58,397 nucleotides of DNA from a virus (Duplodnaviria > Caudoviricetes). A program made the position numbers and the translations under genes. The notes below the pieces were generated by a model. It made no database searches. It had not been told where the DNA came from and saw only the letters and a list, made by a program, of their open reading frames with translations. This document shows positions 1-7,766 of this stretch, in pieces. How positions within the stretch are numbered: the stretch's first letter is position 1; every line of letters begins with the position of its first letter. The stretch is taken from the IMG/VR virus record IMGVR_UViG_3300025466_000039, positions 1 through 58,397 of that record; one strand, given 5' to 3'.

Positions 1-155
1 GTTTTAATTGGTTCAATCTTTGTTTCGTACCAATTCGTTTCATGCCCTCGTTTAGCCCATCCATATCTTGTCATCAATACAGGTTCCCAATATGCAGGAT
101 GATTGATGATCTTTGATTCTTGGACTTGGTAATGGCTTTCTAGATCATTAAACAT
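1..155 (-). CDS. N-terminal part of a WVGL-family hypothetical protein that continues across the window junction into 58397..58229
   Basis: ATG at 155 overlaps the end of ORF 148..513. The frame (MFNDLESH...IEPIK) has no stop and joins in frame to DKNDDGAIPLY...KDKNT* at the window end. Confidence 0.75.
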   Translation of the reverse strand, partial: MFNDLESHYQVQESKIINHPAYWEPVLMTRYGWAKRGHETNWYETKIEPIK

Positions 156-513
156 TATTTTTATCCTTTAATTGTTGTATTGCCCATGCAACACCATCTC
201 GCCACGCTCCAGCACTCTGCAAAGCATAAGGAGATCGCAGTAAACCTTGATCTATTTCCTCATCTATCAGTCCTACCCATGTGCGAGTTTGTAGAGTTGA
301 AATAGCCCAATCAAGCCATTCTTTTGCATCCATATCGTAATAACCAACAGGCCCAACAGATGCTAATTCTTCTCCAAGCCTGATTGCGGCTTTATGCCAC
401 TGTTGATTTTGGTACTTGTCAGCCCACGCATTTAACTCATCAATGGTGTACCAAGGGCGTGTGTTGCTCCATGCTTCACGGGCTTTGGTAAAGTTGTAAT
501 CTTCCATGCTCAT
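148..513 (-). CDS. hypothetical phage protein (WVGL..EI...LK.KN C-terminal module family)
   Basis: ORF with TWVGLIDEEI...LKDKNN module shared with neighbours; translationally coupled. Confidence 0.75.
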   Translation of the reverse strand: MSMEDYNFTKAREAWSNTRPWYTIDELNAWADKYQNQQWHKAAIRLGEELASVGPVGYYDMDAKEWLDWAISTLQTRTWVGLIDEEIDQGLLRSPYALQSAGAWRDGVAWAIQQLKDKNNV

Positions 514-920
514 GTGTTCTTTTCCTTTAATTTGGCTTCAATGGCTCTGGCAAAAGACTTGGCATCGACCCCATCCCAAGGAATTTCATCGTCATCTTTC
601 AGTCCTACCCATTCTTTAGGATGGGTGTAAACAGGAATGGTGTATTCTTCTTTTGCGCCAGCTTCCATCTCTATAAACAAAGAAGTCTTACAAGCACCGT
701 GTCTGTTCATCCACGCCACAGGCTCATCTTTTGTTTCTAGTTGTTCTTTATAAGTAGATTTAGATGCCATGCTTTCCACATCAATAGCAAGACGTAATGC
801 AGTAATGGCTTTGTCCACCAATACATTGTCAAAATATTGATCTACTCCGTGGTATCCATCGTTTTCACCAGTTGATTCCAACGCCTCTAATGCAAGGCGT
901 AATGCTTCATCTTTAGTCAT
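510..920 (-). CDS. hypothetical phage protein (WVGL family, EPVAW module)
   Basis: MTKDEALRLALEALE start, EPVAW and EWVGL...AIEAKLKEKNT modules. Confidence 0.8.
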   Translation of the reverse strand: MTKDEALRLALEALESTGENDGYHGVDQYFDNVLVDKAITALRLAIDVESMASKSTYKEQLETKDEPVAWMNRHGACKTSLFIEMEAGAKEEYTIPVYTHPKEWVGLKDDDEIPWDGVDAKSFARAIEAKLKEKNT

Positions 921-1031
921 TCTTATTCCTTACATTCCAAGCCAATGCAATAACAATTGCAATAATCACAAAAGCAATTGCATAAACCGTATCACTATCC
1001 ATCACGATATCAATGTGTAATGAGGGTTGAA

Positions 1032-1283
1032 TCATTCTTGTCCCCTTGCTCGGATTGCACCAGCACATTCGCTTGCTCCCTCACCCATGAATTCATATCT
1101 ACCTTGTATGTCTATCCATGATAAGTAAAAACCATCACAAATTTCAGCACACGCCTCACGTTCTTTTTCTGCAATAAGTTTGGCAAAGGCTTCAAGTGAT
1201 TCAGAATAAATACCATCAAGATGTGGACGCATTCCTAATAAATTGCATTCTTGTGCTATCTTTAAAATTTCTTCTTTAGTCAT
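1032..1283 (-). CDS. hypothetical phage protein (EREACA family)
   Basis: MTKEEI start at 1283; AEKEREACAEIC...AIRARG module. Confidence 0.75.
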   Translation of the reverse strand: MTKEEILKIAQECNLLGMRPHLDGIYSESLEAFAKLIAEKEREACAEICDGFYLSWIDIQGRYEFMGEGASECAGAIRARGQE

Positions 1284-1592
1284 TTTTTCCCCTTTTACGA
1301 ATAGCAAAAGCACAACCGCCTGCCCAATTCTCATCTTCTAGCGCATATTTATCACAAATCTTTGCGCACGCTTCACGCTCTAGTTCTGCTATCCATCTAC
1401 AAAGTTTTACAAAATGTTCTTGTATTAAAAAATAATCAATTTCTTCTTTAGTCATTATTATTTCCTTGCTCTGATTGCACCAGCACATTCGCTTGCTCCC
1501 TCACCCATGAATTCATATCTACCTTGTATGTCTATCCATGATAAGTAAAAACCATCACAAATTTCAGCACACGCCTCACGTTCTTTTTCTGC
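1044..1592. repeat. 129-nt direct repeat (1044-1172 and 1464-1592), 1 mismatch
   Basis: Read directly; both copies encode AEKEREACAEICDGFYLSW...AIRAR. Confidence 0.95.
1276..1455 (-). CDS. hypothetical phage protein (EREACA family)
   Basis: MTKEEI start at 1455; ELEREACAKIC...AIRKRG. Confidence 0.7.
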   Translation of the reverse strand: MTKEEIDYFLIQEHFVKLCRWIAELEREACAKICDKYALEDENWAGGCAFAIRKRGKND

Positions 1593-1739
1593 TATTGCCT
1601 TCGCAAAAATAACCAAACCCGCTCCATCACCGTCCAAATAATCATCGGTATGGTTAAATCGTTTACCATCCCATTCATGTTTGGTAACTGCTATAACCCC
1701 GCATTGATCTGCAAGTTGTAGTATTTCCATGTTTGTCAT
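1458..1739 (-). CDS. hypothetical phage protein (EREACA family)
   Basis: Same C-terminal module as 1032..1283. Confidence 0.75.
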   Translation of the reverse strand: MTNMEILQLADQCGVIAVTKHEWDGKRFNHTDDYLDGDGAGLVIFAKAIAEKEREACAEICDGFYLSWIDIQGRYEFMGEGASECAGAIRARK

Positions 1740-2083
1740 TCTTGTCCCCTTAACTTCAAACCTTTTTCATCTAACCGCTCGATAATTTCTTTTATGCTTT
1801 TGCGACCCAAATTTGGAGTTCTAAGCAAACGTAGCTCAGTGCAATTAGTTAATTGTGTGATGGTAAAAATATCGTCCGCTTTTAGACAACGCTCAGAACG
1901 CACGGTCAAATTAAGATGTTCAATCCCATCATCAATCACAGCTTTACGCAAAGCCCATCTGTTAATAATTTCTTGTCTGCGTTCTATCATGTATTCTGCA
2001 ATGCCATATGCATCACGGGGGGACTGAGGGAAAATCTTAAGCACTTCAAATGCAAGTCGGTCAAGTAATTCTTCTTTAGTCAT
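1736..2083 (-). CDS. protein with RNA polymerase alpha subunit C-terminal domain
   Basis: IEHLNLTVRSERCLKADDIFTITQL...LLRTPNLGRKSIKEI closely matches the RpoA CTD signature (LELTVRSANCLKAE...LLKTPNLGKKSLTEI); GGAG RBS before ATG 2083. Confidence 0.9.
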   Translation of the reverse strand: MTKEELLDRLAFEVLKIFPQSPRDAYGIAEYMIERRQEIINRWALRKAVIDDGIEHLNLTVRSERCLKADDIFTITQLTNCTELRLLRTPNLGRKSIKEIIERLDEKGLKLRGQE

Positions 2084-2179
2084 CTTTATGCTCCTGAATG
2101 AATGCCCACGCAAGCACGCAGGCCACAATGAATACAGCTACTGCACCGCCAAGAGCTAAAGCCCATATCAATGAATTAG

Positions 2180-2452
2180 TCATAGCATTCCAAAGTGTTT
2201 TTGGTAGAAATTTTTTATTTCACCAAGAGAGGCGCCAGGCTTTTGGTTGGCTATTTCAGTGAGCCAAACTCGCTCCCACAGCTCCACCATGACCATCTGG
2301 GCTCCGGCATCTACCAGTTCGAGAGTTGTGTACAGATTCTTGGCCGGATCGATCCAGCAGCGTTTTGAGGTCGGTCTTCCGTAGATTGGGAGGTATGTGA
2401 TTCCCCTCAGAAAAAAAGCCGGCTGGGCAATCGTATTCAATCCTTCACGCAT
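2180..2452 (-). CDS. hypothetical protein
   Basis: ORF in a coupled minus-strand run. Confidence 0.6.
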   Translation of the reverse strand: MREGLNTIAQPAFFLRGITYLPIYGRPTSKRCWIDPAKNLYTTLELVDAGAQMVMVELWERVWLTEIANQKPGASLGEIKNFYQKHFGML

Positions 2453-2600
2453 CGTTGTTCTCCAACCAAAAAATCTTTTTCTCCAGCTCTTCGTTCCTCT
2501 TCACCATATAGGCATACTCGGTTGCGATTTTCTCCATCAACTTGTTGATCTCATCAATGTGGTTGTGAAGCTCTACCAATAGATTTATAAAAGGATGCAT
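2445..2600 (-). CDS. small coiled-coil hypothetical protein
   Basis: MHPFINLLVEL... overlapping both neighbours. Confidence 0.5.
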   Translation of the reverse strand: MHPFINLLVELHNHIDEINKLMEKIATEYAYMVKRNEELEKKIFWLENNDA

Positions 2601-2767
2601 ACATTCCTCACAATAATTGCAACAAACATAGCCAAGCAAACGTTAATGACGGTCTTGGAATAACGGAACTGGCGAGGGTACTTGTAGATGCAGGCACCGT
2701 ACTCCATCGTGCGTGGAAACGCTTCGTTGAGCGTTCTTGGGTATTGTCTAGTGGTTGGGTTGTCCAT
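2585..2767 (-). CDS. hypothetical protein with C-terminal hydrophobic segment
   Basis: AAGGAG RBS; TRQYPRTLNEAFP motif; first gene of the minus-strand accessory run. Confidence 0.7.
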   Translation of the reverse strand: MDNPTTRQYPRTLNEAFPRTMEYGACIYKYPRQFRYSKTVINVCLAMFVAIIVRNVCILL

Positions 2768-3145
2768 AAAGCTCCTTTGTGAGGTGGTGATTTTGGACGG
2801 AAGGCAAGTATGCGTCTCTAGGTGTTTTCCCTAATAGACAAAACGGCTTTAGACATAGCTATGCCGGGTGACTGGGGGGCCCCTCGAGAGCGCTGTAGGT
2901 CACTGTGTCCACCAAAAGGGCGCTTCTGTCCGCTTTTTGGCTAACGACCGGCCATTACTGGACGATCCACCGAAGTGATTCATTCATCGAGATAAGTGCA
3001 AAGCTGGGTCACATATCACTTATGTCTGCTCTAGTACCTGAACAAGTCTAGAACGCATCAGTTGGTCTTGCTGATACGCGTGTTTTCTTCCGCGCCTCCC
3101 ATACAGGAGCTTGCTAACGTGCGGAGTACGGGTAGAGCAAAAAGC

Positions 3146-3290
3146 AAAAAACCCTTACAGAAAGATACGAGCTTTAGGCTTGGTTGCCGCATAAGAGCCT
3201 GCTACAACAGGACATCTTAGCTTTGACAAAGCCCGCTCCTTCTGTAAGGGTTCGGGGCGTTTTGTAGAACTACAACGGGTTACCAAGCCG
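3146..3290 (-). ncRNA. putative C4/CI-like structured antisense RNA or attenuator
   Basis: 13-bp perfect outer stem (3150-3162/3240-3252), inner stem, two small hairpins, U-tract on minus, and 8-nt complementarity to its own leader. Confidence 0.5.
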
Positions 3291-3301
3291 TTGATGCGCG
3301 T

Positions 3302-3329
3302 AGTATATCAAAAATAATTATTTATGCAA
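3302..3329 (-). promoter_or_regulatory. sigma70-type promoter with extended -10
   Basis: TTGCAT-16 nt-TATACT with TGn on the minus strand. Confidence 0.65.
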
Positions 3330-3334
3330 TAGTT

Positions 3335-3745
3335 TGTTGGCACTACCCTGCACACTTAAAGAGGGAATATGTCCCACGGCTATGCATCGCCTTTACAGGA
3401 TTACCAACACGGCTGGGGATTGCACATCTACGCCCCGTCTTGCGACTTCGTGCGTTTATCCAATTACTTGGAAGGGTAAGATGCGGGATGGCCCACTCCA
3501 ATCCCCATGCGTGTTAGTTGTTGGCGAGGTTTGGATTTCGTGGGATGTCCATTCTCCCGTGCGCCGTTGCGATCCCAACGGTAAGCGTCCTTCGTCTATC
3601 GCACTACACCAACAAGAGTAGAGACTGATTGGAGCCATGACCTCCGTGGAGCATCGGGATGAAAGTGTTAACGCTAGATTACTGGCCAGACTCCAAGCGT
3701 TCAGCGCACCGTTGACCGACTTCTTCCCACTCAATCTCTACACTT
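3335..3745 (-). ncRNA. array of four long-range stems enclosing variable loops (putative ncRNA cassette)
   Basis: Inverted-repeat pairs 3335-3342/3402-3409, 3406-3422/3499-3515, 3518-3526/3607-3615, 3614-3628/3731-3745; several C-A mismatches become G-U on minus. Confidence 0.55.
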
Positions 3746-3752
3746 CTTGATG

Positions 3753-3779
3753 AAAAAAAACCCGCCACTCAGGACGGGT
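3753..3779 (-). terminator. intrinsic terminator
   Basis: minus strand ACCCGTC-ctgagt-GGCGGGT followed by a T-run, downstream of ORF 3818..4129. Confidence 0.8.
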
Positions 3780-3817
3780 AAAACCCCAAAAGGAGTAGCA
3801 ACTACCGGAAAACTGCA

Positions 3818-4129
3818 TCATAACTCAACAATTCTGACTTGCCAACGATTATTTACTTTTCGCCAACCATGCACCTCAATCTTTATCCCTGCCGAGACAA
3901 CAACTGGGTAATTATCGTGCGTCTTGATCTTATTAACCCTACTGCTAACGTTGCCATACGAAGTAGTTTGCACCCCCATGACCACGCCTTCTGACAGGCA
4001 AAGTATGTCAATGAAACCAGCAAAATCATTCTTTCGCTTGGTAAAAAAGTTATATCTTTCAACGACTTCTGCATAAAACCCTCTCTCCCTCATGTGCTTG
4101 AGACTTAATTGTGTTGTTGACGTTGCCAT
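3818..4129 (-). CDS. small PD-(D/E)xK nuclease (Holliday junction resolvase/VRR-NUC-like)
   Basis: GFYAEVVE...DFAGFIDILCL...GVQTTS pattern typical of the restriction-fold phage nucleases. Confidence 0.55.
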   Translation of the reverse strand: MATSTTQLSLKHMRERGFYAEVVERYNFFTKRKNDFAGFIDILCLSEGVVMGVQTTSYGNVSSRVNKIKTHDNYPVVVSAGIKIEVHGWRKVNNRWQVRIVEL

Positions 4130-4137
4130 AAAATCCC

Positions 4138-4166
4138 TTGCAAGACATGAATTAATTTAATACACT
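4138..4166 (+). promoter_or_regulatory. sigma70 promoter of the recombination operon
   Basis: TTGCAA-17 nt-TACACT, upstream of AGGAG RBS and GTG 4201. Confidence 0.7.
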
Positions 4167-4200
4167 GTATGGCCCAACCAACCATTCTACAGGAGAAACC

Positions 4201-4386
4201 GTGAACGCATTCCCAAACCCAAACAACACAGAGCAGGCCGGTATGAGCCTGCTGGATTACTTTGCAGCCCAAGCCCTTCAAGGACTAATAGCCAATGGCG
4301 AGGCAGTTAACGAATACTCAGCTGCTCGCGTGGCTTATAAATTTGCAAACGCAATGATGGAAGTCAGACATGAAGATAACGAATAA
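4201..4386 (+). CDS. small conserved phage protein (DYFAA family)
   Basis: AFP...GMSLLDYFAAQALQGL...AYKFANAMM; strong RBS. Confidence 0.8.
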   Translation: MNAFPNPNNTEQAGMSLLDYFAAQALQGLIANGEAVNEYSAARVAYKFANAMMEVRHEDNE

Positions 4387-5248
4387 ATTCAACCTTCCCG
4401 AGACTTTCGTCAACATCATGAAGCGTCCGACCTACAGCAAAGGTCAGGCGAATCTATCTGCTACCGAGCTGATCACAGCCCCCAGGCTTGTACAGCTGCG
4501 CAAAGCCCACCTAGATGAGCTCGAAAGTGACGTTACCGAAAACGTTTGGTCGATCTTTGGCACAGCCATCCACGGTATTCTAGAGCATGGCAAAGCAGAT
4601 AACCATGTCGTAGAGGAGCGGATCACCACCACCATCGAGGGATGGAAGATATCCGGCGCTATCGACCTACAGATCATCAACGAAGACGGGTCTGTAACGA
4701 TCAACGACTACAAGACCACTGGTGCTTGGGCGGTCATGAATGAAAAGATCGACTGGGAACTACAGCTAAACATCTATGCTTGGCTTGTCGAAAAGGTCAA
4801 GCAGCTGCCCGTCAAAAAGGTAGAGATTGTGGCCATTATTCGCGATTGGAGCCGCCGAGATGCTGAGTCTAGGCAAGGATACCCCGATGCCCCGATTAAG
4901 GTCATACCGATCCATCTATGGCCTTTTGAGGTCAGAGAAGCATTCATCATCGAGAAGATCAAGGAACACTCCAACGCTGAGATGGAAGTCGAGATGGGCG
5001 GTGACTTACCCCCTTGTACTCCAGAGCAGATGTGGGAGAAGCCAACCAGTTATGCTGTTATGAAAGACGGTAATAAGCGCGCCACAAGCGTGCATGACAA
5101 CGTTCAGGATGCACTAAACGCTCTTGCAACGATCAAAGGAAAAGCTGATGTCGTGACCCGACCCGGCGAAAGAACGCGTTGCGAAACATTCTGTCAAGTG
5201 AATAAGTTTTGCAGTCAATATCAAAAATATCTACAGGAAAAAGAATGA
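4370..5248 (+). CDS. PD-(D/E)xK (Cas4/RecB-like) exonuclease
   Basis: GTAIH, ISGAIDL, INDYKTT, QLNIY motifs and C-terminal Cys cluster RCETFCQVNKFC. Confidence 0.85.
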   Translation: MKITNKFNLPETFVNIMKRPTYSKGQANLSATELITAPRLVQLRKAHLDELESDVTENVWSIFGTAIHGILEHGKADNHVVEERITTTIEGWKISGAIDLQIINEDGSVTINDYKTTGAWAVMNEKIDWELQLNIYAWLVEKVKQLPVKKVEIVAIIRDWSRRDAESRQGYPDAPIKVIPIHLWPFEVREAFIIEKIKEHSNAEMEVEMGGDLPPCTPEQMWEKPTSYAVMKDGNKRATSVHDNVQDALNALATIKGKADVVTRPGERTRCETFCQVNKFCSQYQKYLQEKE

Positions 5249-5967
5249 CAGTCCACAAAAAACTAATGCAGGCGAGGTGCCAACTTCTGCTTGCTAAACT
5301 AGAAAAGACCGGAAAAAACAGTTTTGCAGGCTACAAATACTTCGAACTCGGAGACTTTCTGCCTGCCGTACAGCTTATTTTCGAGAAAGTAGGGCTCTGT
5401 GGAGTCGTATCCTACGGGACAGACTTCGCCACCCTAACCATTACAGACGTGGATGACGGCACGATGGTGATCATCCAGTCCCCGATGGCCTCAGCATCCC
5501 TCAAGGGAGCGCACGAAATACAGAACCTGGGAGCTGTTGAGACTTATCAGCGTAGGTATCTGTGGATGACGGCGATGGAGCTCGTTGAGAATGACCCTAT
5601 CGATTCAGCCCCTCCAGTTGAACCGCAACATGTTGCGCCCAAGAAAAAGGATTACAAGGTTGAGAATCCCAAGCCCACCCTACACAAAGACTCCAACGAA
5701 TTCTCCGGACTGAAAGAGATTGGCGTTGGTGAAAACATGATGGTTGAGTGGAAGATCAAGGTTACCGACCCGATTGGAACAGCAGAGTGGAAAGAATCCA
5801 CCATAGAAGCCACCAAAATGGCCGTAGAGCTCACGAAATCAGCCGAGGACGTGCAGAGTATCTACCGCGTTAATAAAGCCGTCTATGAGGATTTAAAAAA
5901 GAGTTATCCAACGGAATTTGCCGAATTGTTGGATTTGTTCAAGGCTAAAAAGGAGTCATTCAAGTGA
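5245..5967 (+). CDS. erf: ERF-family single-strand annealing protein
   Basis: KTGKNSFAGYKYFELGDF and QNLGAVETYQRRYLW...END ERF motif; ATGA overlap with the exonuclease. Confidence 0.85.
   Translation: MTVHKKLMQARCQLLLAKLEKTGKNSFAGYKYFELGDFLPAVQLIFEKVGLCGVVSYGTDFATLTITDVDDGTMVIIQSPMASASLKGAHEIQNLGAVETYQRRYLWMTAMELVENDPIDSAPPVEPQHVAPKKKDYKVENPKPTLHKDSNEFSGLKEIGVGENMMVEWKIKVTDPIGTAEWKESTIEATKMAVELTKSAEDVQSIYRVNKAVYEDLKKSYPTEFAELLDLFKAKKESFK
5624..5637. promoter_or_regulatory. palindrome CGCAACATGTTGCG (dispersed motif copy)
   Basis: One of 8 perfect CGCAACWWGTTGCG copies. Confidence 0.7.
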
Positions 5968-6227
5968 GTGCAGATTACCCAAACAGCGGAACGTTGTTCA
6001 CCGCTAAAAAAATGTTCAACGAAAAGTCACCCCATTTCAATGGGTATATCGAGATCGAAAAGGACTTGCTCCTGAGTTTGATCGAGAAGTCCGATGGCGG
6101 CGAAGTCAAGATCAAACTTGACGGCTGGAAGAGGAAGGACAAAGAAGGCAATCACATGGTTTCAATAAAGGTAAATACTTATGAGAAAAAGCAGCAAACC
6201 CCAGTCGCAGACCCCTGGGACAATTAA
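5964..6227 (+). CDS. putative single-stranded DNA-binding protein
   Basis: NSGTLF...KSPHFNG.IEI...LDGW; acidic-aromatic DPWDN tail; follows ERF. Confidence 0.6.
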   Translation: MSADYPNSGTLFTAKKMFNEKSPHFNGYIEIEKDLLLSLIEKSDGGEVKIKLDGWKRKDKEGNHMVSIKVNTYEKKQQTPVADPWDN

Positions 6228-6402
6228 TGTTTCCCAGCGTACCGCAAAGATTCTTAAAGAAACAATGCAGTCACAGGAAAAACAAATTGAATCATTACAA
6301 GATTACATCAGAGAGTTGAGGGGTGAAATCCTCGACAAGATGGCAGTTATTGAATACTTGGAGAAAAGAATTGACAGAACCAATCCAGTTCGAAGCAATT
6401 AA
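6181..6402 (+). CDS. coiled-coil hypothetical protein (start uncertain)
   Basis: ORF filling the gap in the operon. Confidence 0.45.
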   Translation: MRKSSKPQSQTPGTINVSQRTAKILKETMQSQEKQIESLQDYIRELRGEILDKMAVIEYLEKRIDRTNPVRSN

Positions 6403-6793
6403 AACGTCCTTGAAGCAGTCCAAAGATGGGTACATACTCACTTTGGCTGTTCACCCGGACGACCTGCCAGACGACTTGATGAGAGACTTTATTGGCTCTC
6501 GGTATGTTGTTGTGATGGTCAGGATTGGCGATGATGAGATGCCACTATCTCGGGAAGACGAATTCCCTGGCGACATGGCGGTGAAGATCGCAGGAATGTT
6601 GTGCAGAGACAAGGAGTTTTGGGATTGGCTCAACAAAAAAGAATGGTTGATGGAGAGAAACGAAGCCGCTTGTGCAGAGTGGCTTTGTTCCTACCTTGAC
6701 ATTGAGTCCCGCAAGGAGCTCAAGACAAATGTTGAGGCAAGATCTTTATTCAACCAATTGCGCTCAAGTTTTGAGCACTGGAGAAAAGAGTGA
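6371..6793 (+). CDS. hypothetical phage protein
   Basis: TTG start after GGAG; LCRDKEFWDWL...IESRKEL motif. Confidence 0.7.
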   Translation: MTEPIQFEAIKTSLKQSKDGYILTLAVHPDDLPDDLMRDFIGSRYVVVMVRIGDDEMPLSREDEFPGDMAVKIAGMLCRDKEFWDWLNKKEWLMERNEAACAEWLCSYLDIESRKELKTNVEARSLFNQLRSSFEHWRKE

Positions 6794-7053
6794 AACTAAT
6801 CCCGTACAGCGTGTACCTGCCGCCAGAGTACTACGATCAAATCAAAGAACTGGCCAAGGAGCGCAAGGCTTCCAGCATGGTTCGAGATGCGATCTGCATG
6901 ATTATGGATGGCAATGACCAGTTTAAAGCAGGTTACAACAAAGGCTTGATGGATGCTACAAGGGTCGTCAAAAACAACAAGGAACTCAAGATGGCGGGCG
7001 GGGACTTCCTTAAAGAAGTACTCGAGCGAAACATCAAGAGGTTGCACAAGTGA
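6790..7053 (+). CDS. ribbon-helix-helix-like DNA-binding protein
   Basis: YSVYLPPEYYDQIKELAKER..SSMVRDAI. Confidence 0.55.
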   Translation: MKLIPYSVYLPPEYYDQIKELAKERKASSMVRDAICMIMDGNDQFKAGYNKGLMDATRVVKNNKELKMAGGDFLKEVLERNIKRLHK

Positions 7054-7256
7054 AGACGGCTCAAAGAATAGCCATTGCCATATCTCATGCGCTTAACGAT
7101 GAGATAGAAGAAAACCCAACAGAAGTCTTATTGGCTTTTGCTGGGTTATTTTGTAGCCTGTGTATTCATTGCAATGTGCCGGAAGACGACGCCATGAATC
7201 TCATCAGAAATATTTACAAGGACGTTTTAGCAGACGCCCAATCGGAGATGCATTAA
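7050..7256 (+). CDS. hypothetical protein
   Basis: GTGA-coupled ORF. Confidence 0.6.
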   Translation: MKTAQRIAIAISHALNDEIEENPTEVLLAFAGLFCSLCIHCNVPEDDAMNLIRNIYKDVLADAQSEMH

Positions 7257-7471
7257 TGGAAGACCGCGAAAACTTTCGAGCACTAGCGTCTATGTTTGCT
7301 TTGAGCAGACTGGCATACTACACGCCCATCGAGAATGAAGAGTTTGCTGTGCAAGAGGCCGCTCGTGTTGCGAAAACATGTGTTCGCTTGGCTGATGCTT
7401 TGCTCGATGAGCTAGACCCCCAAGAAGGGATTGTGGCACTCAAGAAAAGGAAAAAGAATGTACAGGAATAG
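7256..7471 (+). CDS. hypothetical protein (distant DYFAA-like helical family)
   Basis: TAATG coupling; ...CVRLADALLDEL. Confidence 0.6.
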   Translation: MEDRENFRALASMFALSRLAYYTPIENEEFAVQEAARVAKTCVRLADALLDELDPQEGIVALKKRKKNVQE

Positions 7472-7766
7472 ACCGCTACTAAACGCCTGTCGCGAGCTGC
7501 CTTGTCAGCATTGTGGCATCAGTGATGGGACTGTTGTGGCGGCTCATTCTAATCAACTGCGAGACGGCAAAGGACGCGGCCTGAAAGCTCACGATTATCG
7601 GGTTGCGTCACTCTGCTACAGGTGCCATATGGAATTAGACCAAGGCAAAGACTTATCTAAACAGGAAAGGATTGACTTGTTCGAAGCCGCCCATCGCAAA
7701 ACGATAGGCCAACTCTTTGAGAGAGGACTTATCTCTGTTTCTGCACCTGCGCAATCTCATCGTTAA
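7458..7766 (+). CDS. DUF1364/YbcO-like Zn-binding HNH-type nuclease
   Basis: CQHCG...TVVAAHSN...GKGRGLKAHD...LCYRCH. Confidence 0.7.
   Translation: MYRNRPLLNACRELPCQHCGISDGTVVAAHSNQLRDGKGRGLKAHDYRVASLCYRCHMELDQGKDLSKQERIDLFEAAHRKTIGQLFERGLISVSAPAQSHR

Noticed and set aside
510-612. Similarity to 57870-57972 as a direct terminal repeat
   Set aside because: The blocks are internal, interrupted and flanked by different sequence; paralogous gene modules explain them better.
1044-1592. Template/variable repeat of a diversity-generating retroelement
   Set aside because: Only one mismatch, no adenine-specific pattern, and no reverse transcriptase gene.
2819-2833. Imperfect palindrome TAGGTGTTTTCCCTA as an operator
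   Set aside because: Only one copy noticed, which is insufficient support.
3334-3734. ORFs 3334..3621 (+) and 3456..3734 (-)
   Set aside because: No convincing RBS, atypical composition, and they overlap the structured stem array.
2800-3800. tRNA genes
   Set aside because: No cloverleaf with a T-loop GTTCRA and acceptor stem was found on either strand by eye.
4370-5248. Cas4 as part of a CRISPR system
   Set aside because: It sits next to ERF and SSB in a recombination operon; no array or other cas genes.
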